In this document: positions 18,171-29,764 of the stretch, piece after piece
Position numbering within the stretch: the first letter of the stretch is position 1
Layout of the letters: each line of letters starts with the position of its first letter
DNA from: Porphyridium purpureum
Lineage: Eukaryota
Length of the DNA stretch: 64,000 nucleotides
Reading direction: 5' to 3'
Assembly: GCA_008690995.1 (NCBI GenBank)
Contig: VRMN01000003.1
Location: forward strand, 1,860,001 to 1,924,000
Notes under the pieces: generated by a model
Database searches by the model: none
The model's input: only the letters and a program-made list of their open reading frames with translations
Told to the model about the DNA's origin: nothing
Made by a program: the position numbers and the translations under genes

Positions 18171-21100
18171 TCCCTCAGGTCTACACGGGCCGTCTTCCGT
18201 TCTGTCGAGAGCACGCAAGAAGCTACAAACGAATTGACCGGAGAACGGACGCCTACCGATGCTGTATGTGTGTGTGTGACGGGAACCGCAGAATGTTTAA
18301 TTGCGCGCCGCACGCCGGTGACTGTGCCTGTGGGTTCGTCCTGAAGGGCGGTGACCGAAAAGTCGCTACCATGGCGAGCTGGGTCACTTCATGGCACCAG
18401 CGATGTAGGCATCGAGTGGGGCAGGCGCTCTGAGATCCGTGTCCGCATTGCACTCTAGAGAATCAGGAAGCCTGCGTGTGCGGGCCCAACAGCAAGATGA
18501 GCTAGTCACGGGCCCGATACACCCACCGAGATACATGTCCTCCCGCCCCTGTCTGTACTTTAGTGCGAGGGATTGCCGTTCGCAGACAAAGCGCTCGATT
18601 GGTCACAGCCAAGATTGTCACAAACGGCTGCACAACACGAAGCACGAGCTGCCAGCGTGGGCGCAACCACGAAGGTGACACCAAAGTCACTTGCCGCACG
18701 AACTTGTGCGTTCCGGTCACCAAGCTGGACGATGACGATGGCACGCTAAAATTGTGGATGGGCATGATGTTGGTGGTTGTGATATGAGCGGCGGCCGGTG
18801 GGACAACACACGCGAGCTCGAGCAACCGTCAACCATCCCACCACCACGTTACCACGTCCTACGTGCTTTGCGCGATAGTTCCACATCGTGCCAGGCTGCT
18901 GAGTCAGCAGCATCGATTCCCCAACTGGGAACAGCCACCCGGGAGCCGCCTGACGGAAAAAGAAGCTGGAGATGGAAAAACGCAGTCAGCAACATGACTC
19001 AACCAAAATAATGAGGGTTACCGAACGCCGCTCATCTCGTGCCCCGACCCACCGGCCGGTTGTTTCCTGCCCGGCGGGTTTTTGTCAATTCCCGCCGGCG
19101 GTGGTATCGATTTGGGATTCCAAGGTGTGCTCATTGGGAATCGTCGCGATGCTGATGCTTGAGGATATAATGCCCGACATGTAAGGACCGTAGAGATGTT
19201 GAAGGTCGCAATCGTCACGAGTGCGGGCAGGGGTGAGGTCGAGTCTGTAGATGCTAGACCTTTCCTCGCGCCTCGCGAGATCGGAAAGAAGGGGACCCGG
19301 TGAGCCGCTTCAATTAAATGAGCGGGAGCAGAACTGTGGACCAGGACAATCACGACCACGAAAAGGAAAGTATGGCGGCAGGCGTGTGTCGCGCGGAGCT
19401 TGTGATTATCGCACCGGATCAAACCATCGAGAACTCACAATGTGCGCCGCCCACCGCGTTGTTGCAGAAGACCTGCTCGAGGACGCGAGTGGGTCGCACA
19501 CCAGTACCAGTCAAGTGCCCTCTAGGGGAGTATTCCCGACGCAAGGCGTACTACGCGCATCACCGGGGTCAGTTGTGCACCAGAAAGGGCGAAATGCGAG
19601 TGTCGAGTCCAATTGCCTCACCGCGCCATGACTGCTCGCAATGCTGCAGAGTTCGGAGCAAGAGCCATTCCAACCATTCTTCGTCCATCACCCATTGACG
19701 AAGGAACCTTTTGGAATAATGAGGCCAAGCTGCTCCTGCCAATAGCTACAAGAAAGGTCGTAAGTCATTTAGTCGTGTTATTAAGCGTGCTATTGACACA
19801 TAGCAGTGCACAGAACGTACTAAATAGTCTACTCTGCAAATACTTTCGCAACACATGAACACGGATAAAGTAATTGGGAGCCCTGGTCGGTCACGTTCGC
19901 GACATCTCTGATGAAAAAGCCGCATGACGTGTTGACGCGGAACACCATGTAGTTTCTGACTCGCAGAAGTTTCGCAGTGAAAGTGCAGGCATGAACCTTT
20001 TCGCCAAAAAAATGTACGCGCCAACGCTAATGCGCTCGTCAAAAGCCTCGTACCGAACTCACATATGCACAAGGCCTTTCTGTGATGTTCGCGTCACACG
20101 CCTCATGCAGCAAACACCACGTCGGGTCTTGAGGAACTTCTTGCAAGCCGCTTTCATCTCGTGCTTGCGCCGCGTTGAGAATCCAGTCGTGCGTGTGAGC
20201 TCGTTGACTTGCTCGTGCACAAATTAAGCCATGCTGGTATCCATGTGCATACGCGGGATCATTTGTTCGGCACACTGGATTGAAAAGATCCATACCCAGC
20301 CAGCCTCGCGTGGACAACTGAGATTTTTGAGATGAGTAGGCCCCGGAGACCAACATCATGGATACAGCAAGAAACCGCGCTCACAAATGTTGGCTGGGAA
20401 TGGCAGCGAATGGTGATCTGGAGTGCGGAACCGGCATATCGCATTGTTCAGCTGGACGTGGTACAAAGCCGCGAATTCCTGTCGATCGAGGAAATGAACC
20501 AATCGCTCCCTCGGGTCGCTCCCTGACACACAGATTCGTCGACGTCAGAGACAACAAGCTGCTTGGATTTGATGAAACTTGTCCATGAGCAGTCGCTGGT
20601 AAATGACTTGCGCATCTGTAATCCAGGCAGTAAAACTAGCAGCAGCAGCATCACCACCACGGGGCGTCATTCCGCGAAGATATTTTCAAGATGAAATGAG
20701 CTCCTCCTGATTGGCACGCGCCTGAGCTCCATGTCCCAGCCGTCAGGAAAAGCAATTGAGCCGCTGTGCGACGAAAGGTTTCGGCAGTGCCAGACCAATT
20801 ACGTAGACTAGATGTTCAAGTGAAGAGTCAGCGGGCCCACGATTACGCCACACGAGCGTTGCAAGCGGCCGACGCCACCTCCATCGCTGTTCATACACAT
20901 ACTTCATTTCCCAAATCGCAGATTCGTCAGTGTCGACGACGTTCCGTTGAATGAAACGCGCCGGGCTACGATGAACATCGCTATTCCGTTATGAACATTC
21001 GTGCAGATGAACAATGCCATTTGAGTGCATTGGCTGAAACCGCGCGTCACATAGCTGTGCCGCGACTCAGGTGTGGACTTATTCGGGCGTCTTTCAACTC

Positions 21101-21628
21101 TCTGCGTTTGGAATGCGGGATTCAGCCTGATCGCGCACCGCGCCTGGTCGGCGTCAGTACTTTGCACATTTGTTGTTTTTTTTTCTCCAGCTGCGTTTGC
21201 TTCGCAACAAGCCGCAGAATGGAGATTGTCGAGTTCGTCAGACTGGAGCTGGATGGCTACGGTCTGGTGGAAGATTCAGCACGCATGTCAGCCAGGATCC
21301 AAGCGCACCATGCCATGTCCACAGCGCCACGGCACGCAAGACAGATGGGAAAGTCGCGAGCGGCGCAGCACACTTGGACAAAGCGGATGCTGTACCCACT
21401 GTACTTGGCGATACCTGAAAACCACGCTCACACAGTGATTCCAGAAGTATGTTTAATATGCGTTATTTGTATGGTAAAGGACTCTGGGTGTTGTAGTCTG
21501 CAAGTATATCAAAGAAGAGTGGTTTAATATTGATAATTTTCATATTATCAAGCGTTACGCATAGAGTGATTGGCTCTTGAGTTGCTTGTGAGAGGCGATT
21601 GGGAATTTTTGGGTAGTTGGTGAGGGGG

Positions 21629-21662
21629 ATAGAGAGAGAGAGGGAGAGAGAGAGAGAGAGAT
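21629..21662. repeat. (GA)n microsatellite
   Basis: Near-perfect AG run just upstream of the ACBP-like gene. Confidence 0.85.
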
Positions 21663-21687
21663 AAAGGTTTGCGAGCGCTTAAAGGTG

Positions 21688-22821
21688 ATGGTGGTGGTGG
21701 TAAATCATTCGAACAAGGCGCCGTACACGCTCGTCGCAGAGAAGGACGATGAGGTGGAACTGGGAGTGGAACAAAAGGCGCATCATCACACGTACTCGCA
21801 GAATCATCAGTATACCAAGCCGCAGCCGTCTCAGCCAGACGACACGATTTACCTGCAAGAGCACGACGCCATGGCGCCCGTGCTCGGCTTGCAGTACCAT
21901 CCGCGAATAAGGCATGGCTTTGTTTTGCTCATGCTTCTGGGGCTGCTGACCGCGTTGGTGATGCACGTCGACAACCATGCCCAGTTGCTGGCCGACACCA
22001 TGCTCGCAGAACGCAGGCCGCACACACCCGAAAATGCCATTTCCGTCGACGGTTCCCAGTCCGTGCCTGTATATACAGACGGGAAGCCCATGCTCGTGGC
22101 CTCGTCTGCCGAGGCCGCACAGAATGTCGACGCCCAGAGTGGTCAGTCGCCGTCCGAAGAACAAGTCGACGCTGCAGGCCCCAGCACGAGCAGCAGTACA
22201 AGCTCTTTGAGTCAGGACGTGACGTCTATGGTATCCAAAAATGAGCTACAACAAGAGGTCGATGACTTTCTGGCAAGAGCCGAGCCAGGGCCCGTACCAG
22301 AGGAACCGCCTGGACCGGAGAAAGCGGACTCACAAGGTCAAGATCTTGGAACCAGTGCCAGTGCCGTTGATGCCGCGAGTGGTACGCTCGACTCACTTTC
22401 ATCATCGAACGATGGTCACCGCGAGCACGACTTGCCATTTACGTCGAGCGACGTCGAAGAGCTCAAACCGCAATCGGGCGAGTTCTTGGAAGATGCGTTC
22501 CGCAAGCACAAGGCTTTTGTGAACATGAAAATGTTAGGGAAGAAGTGGATTTCGGCCGAAGAGGAGGCCGACCTGATTGGGCTCAAGATGCAGGCGTTAT
22601 TCGGTGACTGCGTGCACGGTGAAGACAAGGCGCTCTTTCAGTCAGACATTCAGGAGGATGAGGAAGAAATTGAGGCTGGCACCCCCGCATACCAAGCGTG
22701 GTGCGAGCGCTCTGGCTTATCAAAGACCGACGCCATGAGACATATGATTCAACTTGTGAACAATCTCTTGCAGGATTTTCTCGAGGAGGAAGCCGCGAAC
22801 AACCCTAGTCGCGACAGCTAA
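21688..22821 (+). CDS. Membrane-anchored protein with C-terminal acyl-CoA-binding (ACBP)-like domain
   Basis: TM segment GFVLLMLLGLLTALVM, then an acidic linker, then LIGLKMQALFGDC..YQAW..GLSKTDAM..IQLV, which follows the ACBP four-helix pattern. Confidence 0.75.
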   Translation: MVVVVNHSNKAPYTLVAEKDDEVELGVEQKAHHHTYSQNHQYTKPQPSQPDDTIYLQEHDAMAPVLGLQYHPRIRHGFVLLMLLGLLTALVMHVDNHAQLLADTMLAERRPHTPENAISVDGSQSVPVYTDGKPMLVASSAEAAQNVDAQSGQSPSEEQVDAAGPSTSSSTSSLSQDVTSMVSKNELQQEVDDFLARAEPGPVPEEPPGPEKADSQGQDLGTSASAVDAASGTLDSLSSSNDGHREHDLPFTSSDVEELKPQSGEFLEDAFRKHKAFVNMKMLGKKWISAEEEADLIGLKMQALFGDCVHGEDKALFQSDIQEDEEEIEAGTPAYQAWCERSGLSKTDAMRHMIQLVNNLLQDFLEEEAANNPSRDS

Positions 22822-23029
22822 GTGGATGTGCGAGCTGGTGAGCTGAAAACAATCCGCAGAGGTGCAGGCGTCGGTGCTTTGGTGTGGCAGGCTTACGAAG
22901 GAGCATCTCGGTTACTTTTCTCCGGCCTTCTGCTTGCCGTTGCTATTCTAGCCGACTTTAGGCCTTGACATGGCAAAGTCGCGCCCTTGCGAACACCAGC
23001 GCCCGCTTTAATATTTAAGTCTGAATGCT

Positions 23030-26000
23030 CTAATCCACCGCAAAGCTCTCATCTGATGCGTACACCTGTTGTGCGGGTATCCCAATCTCATGCTCACCGA
23101 CATCTTCGTCAAATGCAGTGCAGAGTTTTGTAGCCCTCTCCGTGCCGGCGCCTGAAAGAACACCATTTTCCCAGCCAAGCGACATCCGCAAGGCGTCTTT
23201 CACGTCACAGCCGCTGCCACTGCTTTGTTCGCGATCCTCCACTTTGTTTTGAGTGACGGAATCAGAGGAGAATAAAATCGGCTTTGGGTTGTGGCTTCGT
23301 TCAACCGCAGTCCTGTTTGAATCCACTGCTGCGACAATACCTGATTCGTCAAATCGCCGCCGCTTTGTGACCGAAGGAGCGTCATCGCCGGTGCTTTTAC
23401 GGGCCCAACTGTGCTCAACGACCAGTGCATCTTTCGCGTCGCGGTCATCGCCTTGTTGCAATTCCGCGGACACAGTAAGGGCGGAAGCAGGCAGCTTTCC
23501 GACCAACGGAAGTACGCCATCAGACGCAGTGGGCCTCGGTGTCGCCTCATCCACCGCCGCCGCATCTAATCCTTTCCTGCTCGTCGTGACCACCGCCTCG
23601 TTGATCGGGACGTTTTTCACGATACCCGTGTCCAGCAGGTCAACGGCGGAGGCGCCCGAGCCGTCGCTATCCGCCACAACTACCACAGGCGCAGGAATAC
23701 CCGGTCCCTGATCCTGAAAGCGATTCTGACCTTGACCCGCGTCCCCACGCCTGCTCGTATCGTACACCGCCAGTGTGACATTCTCCGCTTGCGCACCTAC
23801 GTCACTCGCATTTTGGCGTACGCGAACCACTCGAGGAGAATCAAGTCGATGCCCTATGTTTACGTCAGGCATCTCTTGGCCTGATCCGTGCTCAAAGGAC
23901 CCAAGATCCAACCCACAGCCACCGACACCGCGTAAATTGAACGGATGGCCCTGGATCTGTTCTGCCAAGGGATATGTATTAAAGTCAAAGCCCACGACAT
24001 AACACTCCGTGCCATTCAAATCAAGAGACGTGAACGGGCCTGAGTTGATGCCACCACCTTGCGCTCCGCTATCAAAACTGTTGCGAGCAACATGCTCGCG
24101 CTGGTCGTTTTCGTCAGTCTGGTTCACCAACGTGGCAGACCCGGCAACCGGTGCACAAGCGCGACTGCGCTCGACCAAAAGCATCATCTCGCGAAGCGCC
24201 GCAATGCGCTTTGCGAGGGACGGGAAGCGCTGTGCATCCGCTAAATCCGGAAAGTCCGGCCCCATGATAACCTTGGCACACATGGTGCGACGCCCCGCGA
24301 GAATACGGTCAAGCAGCTCAAGAAATGCAGAGAGCAGCATGTTATCCTTCCCGTAACCTGCGCTACCCGACTGCATTCCCAGAAAGGCCCGCACGAGTGC
24401 GTGTAGAATGCCGTGCGTCACGCAGTATGCAACCACTTGCTCGTCCCCGCACAACAGACAGCTTTTCAAAAACCGGAACCGCGCTAGCCGCTCGTGGCCT
24501 CGCGACACAACCGCTTCTGACCCGTGGTCCGCCCTCTCCGTTTCCAGCTCGCGCGCAACGCGCTCAAAGACGCCGTGCTCAATAAAAAAGTCGGCTGCCG
24601 CTTTGCCGTGGGACTGAAGGCATGAGAGGAGAATGTCCAAGAACAACGTCGGGCCAACATGTAGGTCCGGGTCGCAACCAGTCATATTCCCATCTACTTC
24701 GCTGCGGCGGCCGTCCGCGTTGGTGCCGCTGCTACAACTGCTGCCCTTGCCATCGTATCGATTGACCAGGTGCACTGCGTAGCGTTCGTAAAAAACGGCA
24801 ATGACTGCCGTACGCTCATGGACAGGAAGCGTGTTATCTAAATCGAGGAGTAAGCGCACGAGATCTGCCACCGCAAAGCTAGCACAGGCGCAGGCTTCAG
24901 GAGCACTGAGAATAGCCAGCAGAAAAGCGACAAACGCTTCGGCACTAACGTTCACCGAAGAGGCTGGCGGGCCAGTACCTCCAGTTTCCGTATTCGCTGT
25001 TTCACTTCCACCTGATCTATTTTCCCCGACACTTCTGTCACTATCAGTACCGATGCCAATATCCCTGACTTGTGCGGTGAAGGCTAGGCTCCGAAGATAC
25101 GCTGGGTCATAAAGGAATGGGCTCTGCAACAGTTCCACCCCCAAATTAAGTACGCGTTCATCGGCGCTGTCGAGTGCAAGACGGCACACGTCCAAAAGAC
25201 CATGCTCCACCAGAACGTTGCGAAGCACATCAAAGTCAATCAGCAGTGTGCTGTTTTGTGCGCTACTGTTCGTGTTTGACATGAAGCCGCCTAACATGCC
25301 TCCTTGATGCTGGAGGTTGTGCTGGCTCTGTACCGACTTGGACAAAACAGATAACTCGACGACAAATTTGAGCCGGTCCAAACTTTGGTCCGACAGGGAT
25401 CCTTCCCTTCGTTCCATTTCAGACAACAGCAGACGAAGTAATCCTCCCAAGATACCACCTTGGTTCTCTCGGTCTCCATCCGACGTCTCTCCTAGCTGTG
25501 CAACGGCAGAATCTTTGGAAGCCGTACAACTGGCAGCCGCTGATGCCGTGAAATATGCGAATATATCCGCGTTGTTGCATGCCACCAGTGCGTAAAAGTC
25601 ATTGCGCAACCCTTCATCGGAGCAACAGTATCGCGCCAAGATAACGTCCTTGATGTACGTGGCTCGATAATTCTGATGTATTTTTTGCACGACATAGGGG
25701 TCGTCAATTGCGACGACTTCTTTTCTGCGTGCAGTATTCATCAAAAACATTCGATGCTTAGCCAGCGGCACCTGAAGTGGCGGCGCATCAGTGGGAATAG
25801 CGACTTCGCCAACACCTTCCCTGCATGTATCGGCAGAGGCGTGCAATACTTCAGAACGAGAGTCCGTCCCAGAAAAGACGGGAGCCGCTTCTGGGTCGTA
25901 CTCAAGAGCGCCGATCAAATCCGGTGCAAAGTCGTCCTGTAGCATGTAGCGCAGAAGACGCAGATTTCCGAGAAGAAAGAGTCCGCGCACGACAAAAAAG

Positions 26001-28072
26001 CACGCACGCAGACCTTGAATGTCATGCGCGCTTTCGAATTCCCGAAAAAGACCAAGCAGTCGGGGCAAAAAGTCGTTCTCTGGCAACAACATTTCAGACA
26101 CGAAATGCTCGGCCGCGCGGGGCCCGCTCGCCAATGCCCTGGATCCGGATTCCTTTCCTGTCCGTAACCATGATTCTCCGCTTCCGTTGGAGCCAGCATT
26201 TGAATGCGGTTGCTGAAGTGAAATGTTTGTCAGTGAACTGTTGGTGGCTTCAAACAACATGCGTGCGATCAAGTCAAGGCTTGTCCTGCTCGGGGTCGGA
26301 AGCGAAGGAATCGCTGCATTCGTGCCTAACCTGGTCAAACACGAATTTCGGCGGCCAGTGCCTGCACCGACTTCACCATGCCCTGAAGTTCTACCTGTGC
26401 TTTCGTCATCAAACAATCTCGACACAGTAATATCATTTAAAACGTTCGCGTGCGCCAAGCCATATGAATTCCCGTCGCTGAAGTCCATCAGCTCCGCATC
26501 AGCTCCGTCTTCCTCGACTGGGCGACCACGCATGCCACCTACCCTACTCGGCTCGCATTCGCTTCCCGATCCATCTTCGAGCCCGTCAAACCATGGATCT
26601 ACATCACCGTCATCCTTCGGACTAGCAAACGACGTTCGCGCAGTGGGATGGCCACCCGATCGCCTGGCGCGCCTACTGTCCACCAAAAGCTCTTCCTGGA
26701 CTCGGCAGATTTCAGCGTACACTTCTTGGCAGCCCGAGGCCTCTGCAAAGGACAAAGCCATCTCCATCGGTTGCTCATCCTCATCGGCCCCCTCGGTATC
26801 ATTGCTATGGTCCTCACCATCAACAGCTTCTCCAGCGGAGCCAATCGGCGTCCAGCGCGGTACATTTTCCAGTGGTTCAGTCCATGAGATGATGGTCTCT
26901 CCTTGTAGCTGATAGATGACATCATCGAGCCTGCGAATCACAGAAAACAGAAGCACCTCGCAGGTTCCTTCTTGAACCATTCGTAGCACCACGTCCCGCG
27001 TCCGAGCGGTACGACGAGACCTGATTCCGCCGACCCGGGATAATTGCCGCTGCTGTTGATGCACAAGTACCTGTTGCTGTCCCTGTTGTCCTTGTTGCTG
27101 CCGTTCCCCTGCACACGGCGCGCTGCCACTGCCGATGGAAGCTGTTATATTCTCGCAGGTCAGGCACCCCGTTCCAATATCTCGCCACGTTGCTGTCGCA
27201 TCCAGTGTGTACAACTTTACGCGCTGCGGCAGCGTGAGCGATGGACTAGTCTTGTGCAGACGCTCCATCGAGCGGTAAGCAGAAAGAAAGTGCTTGATCC
27301 TCTCTCCACTGGTATCTGTCATTTCCTCCTCCGCTTGCTCTGGAAAGTCAGCGGAGCCTTCATTTTCGTCGCCGTCGTCTTCGGTTCTCAACAGGTCATG
27401 TGATGAGCTCTGCTCTGTGCATTCGCCGGACAAATTCTGCTCACAAGATCCATTTGCACCCGCACTGGAACGTTCACCTTCAGATCGCTGTTTTCGCGAC
27501 AGCGTAAGACTTGGCTCATCAAGCGAATCGGCCAAAGGATGGTCCTGACGACATTCGTGCGCGTCTTCAGTCTTCTCGACCTCTTCAGCCTTTGCCCAGC
27601 CGCTTGACTGGATTTCATCCTCTCCATCTGGTACGCGTTGTATATCTCTGCCCAAACCTGTTATTTCCGCGTTTCCAGACGACAAACCATCCTCGGCGGG
27701 CGTGGCGTTCGGAACGTGTGGATCTACCTCATCTGCACGCGACGCGGTGGTATCTTCTGTTAAATGCACTCGTCCTGACGTGAGCGCTGAGCTCTCGGCG
27801 TCGGATGCCATCTCCCGCGGTCTTGCGCTTGCAACGTCCACCGCAGGCGCGCGTGCACGCTCACCCTTCTCAACTAGATCGTCTTTGGCGCTGTTCCCCA
27901 ATGCGGCCGACAAGCATGCGCGTGCAGGCGCATGAGTGCGGTCGCTCCATCCAGGCAGCGGGCGCACTTCCGCCGCCGCCGCCGCACTTGCAGCACCCGT
28001 CTCGACTGCTACAGCGTTTGCACGCGACATCCTGCCGTCCATGCACTCATCTGCCTTTCCCGACGTGTGCAT
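23030..28072 (-). CDS. PPP4R3: Protein phosphatase 4 regulatory subunit 3 (SMEK/Psy2)
   Basis: EVH1-like RVKLYTL..WRDIGTG, YQLQGETIISWTE, MALSFAEASGC. SMK-1 domain IGALEYDPE..KHRMFL..KIHQNYRATYIKDVIL. Start placed at first ATG; true start uncertain. Confidence 0.88.
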   Translation of the reverse strand: MHTSGKADECMDGRMSRANAVAVETGAASAAAAAEVRPLPGWSDRTHAPARACLSAALGNSAKDDLVEKGERARAPAVDVASARPREMASDAESSALTSGRVHLTEDTTASRADEVDPHVPNATPAEDGLSSGNAEITGLGRDIQRVPDGEDEIQSSGWAKAEEVEKTEDAHECRQDHPLADSLDEPSLTLSRKQRSEGERSSAGANGSCEQNLSGECTEQSSSHDLLRTEDDGDENEGSADFPEQAEEEMTDTSGERIKHFLSAYRSMERLHKTSPSLTLPQRVKLYTLDATATWRDIGTGCLTCENITASIGSGSAPCAGERQQQGQQGQQQVLVHQQQRQLSRVGGIRSRRTARTRDVVLRMVQEGTCEVLLFSVIRRLDDVIYQLQGETIISWTEPLENVPRWTPIGSAGEAVDGEDHSNDTEGADEDEQPMEMALSFAEASGCQEVYAEICRVQEELLVDSRRARRSGGHPTARTSFASPKDDGDVDPWFDGLEDGSGSECEPSRVGGMRGRPVEEDGADAELMDFSDGNSYGLAHANVLNDITVSRLFDDESTGRTSGHGEVGAGTGRRNSCLTRLGTNAAIPSLPTPSRTSLDLIARMLFEATNSSLTNISLQQPHSNAGSNGSGESWLRTGKESGSRALASGPRAAEHFVSEMLLPENDFLPRLLGLFREFESAHDIQGLRACFFVVRGLFLLGNLRLLRYMLQDDFAPDLIGALEYDPEAAPVFSGTDSRSEVLHASADTCREGVGEVAIPTDAPPLQVPLAKHRMFLMNTARRKEVVAIDDPYVVQKIHQNYRATYIKDVILARYCCSDEGLRNDFYALVACNNADIFAYFTASAAASCTASKDSAVAQLGETSDGDRENQGGILGGLLRLLLSEMERREGSLSDQSLDRLKFVVELSVLSKSVQSQHNLQHQGGMLGGFMSNTNSSAQNSTLLIDFDVLRNVLVEHGLLDVCRLALDSADERVLNLGVELLQSPFLYDPAYLRSLAFTAQVRDIGIGTDSDRSVGENRSGGSETANTETGGTGPPASSVNVSAEAFVAFLLAILSAPEACACASFAVADLVRLLLDLDNTLPVHERTAVIAVFYERYAVHLVNRYDGKGSSCSSGTNADGRRSEVDGNMTGCDPDLHVGPTLFLDILLSCLQSHGKAAADFFIEHGVFERVARELETERADHGSEAVVSRGHERLARFRFLKSCLLCGDEQVVAYCVTHGILHALVRAFLGMQSGSAGYGKDNMLLSAFLELLDRILAGRRTMCAKVIMGPDFPDLADAQRFPSLAKRIAALREMMLLVERSRACAPVAGSATLVNQTDENDQREHVARNSFDSGAQGGGINSGPFTSLDLNGTECYVVGFDFNTYPLAEQIQGHPFNLRGVGGCGLDLGSFEHGSGQEMPDVNIGHRLDSPRVVRVRQNASDVGAQAENVTLAVYDTSRRGDAGQGQNRFQDQGPGIPAPVVVVADSDGSGASAVDLLDTGIVKNVPINEAVVTTSRKGLDAAAVDEATPRPTASDGVLPLVGKLPASALTVSAELQQGDDRDAKDALVVEHSWARKSTGDDAPSVTKRRRFDESGIVAAVDSNRTAVERSHNPKPILFSSDSVTQNKVEDREQSSGSGCDVKDALRMSLGWENGVLSGAGTERATKLCTAFDEDVGEHEIGIPAQQVYASDESFAVD

Positions 28073-29764
28073 GCCCGTTATTCGCGCGCGGCTCCTGCGC
28101 ACCGCATTCTGGAACGCCGTCCACCCCTCGCGCTCCTCCTCCCCCTTCCTCCACCCACCGTCCCCCCTTTCCACTCCTCCTTCCCTCCCCTCACACACAC
28201 ACACACACCAAACAAATAAGCACTCAGACCCGCTTTCGTTCTTTGCCGCGCTCCTCTTCCACTCCCCCTCTCTTGAACATATGTTTTTTTCTTTTCTTCC
28301 TTCTTTTTCACCCCGCCAACCCACGAGGTACAGTTCCAAGTTCTGTTTCTCCTTCTCTTGCTTCTTCTTCTGTTTCTCCTCCTTCTCTTCTAAAACGAAC
28401 CACTCCGACTATGTTTCCGCTCGTCCGTTGTTTCCATCACGCGCTTTACCACGTCGATATCTACTCCTCCTAGATAAATAGATACGTTTTAGATTGATCG
28501 ATCTAGATCGTTTGGTGGTTGATGCGAGGTGAGCAAGACACACATTCATATGTAAACGTGATGAATTAAATCCACACGGTGATGAGACACAGTGGCGCGG
28601 TGTCAGTGAAAACGGCGCGTGTTGTGATAACAGGGGGAAATTGAGGAGGAGCAAAGTAGGATTGAAATTGAACGGAAGTACAGTGGCGTGGACTGACACT
28701 GTACTTTATCTGGGATTGCGAGGGTGGTTTGGTGTGGAGGCGGAAGCAGGCGGGGGTGAATGGATGGGACGCGTTCATTGGGGGGAGGCAGAGTGTGGTT
28801 AGAGTGGTGCGTGGTGACGATGTGGCGGAGTTACGGAAATGCGCGGCGCTGCTGAGAGAATGTGAGTCGGCGCAAGCCGCCGGGCTTGGTGGTGCGTGCT
28901 GCGAGGTGGTGAGGACTGAGGACAAGTAGGAAGGAAGAGGCGGTGCGTGACAGTATGGGTCTGGTGAGCTGGGTGAAAGTGCTAAGGGAGGAATGTCGTA
29001 GGAGGACGCAAAGCGTGGTCTGAAGGTCGTGGTCTACGGTCTGGCGCAGAGCGTGAGCGGTGGCTCGATGGCGGATTCCGGCGATAGGGTAAATATGCAG
29101 ACGCGGGTCTGCCCTGCTGCGATTTCGTAAAACTCAATGTGCTGTGAGAAGCACGAGCTCGCGTGAGTGTTGGGAGTTGCAGCAGGACGTGCAAGGCACC
29201 AGCAAACGAGCGACTGAATGGAGCTTCCAATGAGGAGACCTAAGGGCTTCGAGTTCGTCGCGAGCGTTGCCGACAGCTTTATCAGCACTGCGTTCAGCGC
29301 GGCGGGGCTCCATCGACGTTTCGGCACGGCAGGCCTTCGTTGTCAGAGCATATGCCAGTTGCGCTCAGGCTTTTGATCAGCAATCTACAACGTTTCGCGG
29401 TGTTCTGCTCGGCGGCTGTTGTATTGTTGCTAACCTCGTGCAGAAGCCGCAGAGGGGTGATCTGGTACAGGATTGCACGCCTCGGCAGGCAACGCTCGAA
29501 TTGACAACAGAATCGTGGCATTCCCTCTCGTAAGATGTTCTCGTCATCGTTTGTGGAGTAGCGTCCGCATCTGTAAGAGTGAAAAGCATTTATCGTGTTC
29601 TTCAGCTACATCCGGTTTTCTCGACATTGTAAGTTTACAAATAATTTGTAGCTTTACGCTGACCTCTGTAGAGACGTCCGTTCACACCGTCGTACAACTC
29701 GCGATTCGTACCTGAGCACCCAATGCGGGAGCAGCACCGCCTGGGTGGATGCGTCTCGTCTCTC

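Noticed and set aside
21530..21551. TTGATAAT-N6-ATTATCAA palindrome resembling a bacterial Fur box
   Set aside because: Spacing differs from the 7-1-7 Fur box, the context is eukaryotic nuclear, and the sequence is AT-rich, so chance is plausible.
28073..28339. Non-ATG upstream extensions of ORFs in the ORF track (also 40624, 49712, 14784, 32665, 62844)
   Set aside because: They translate GA/GT-rich leader sequence or start at GTG/TTG. In a eukaryote the downstream ATG is the likelier start.
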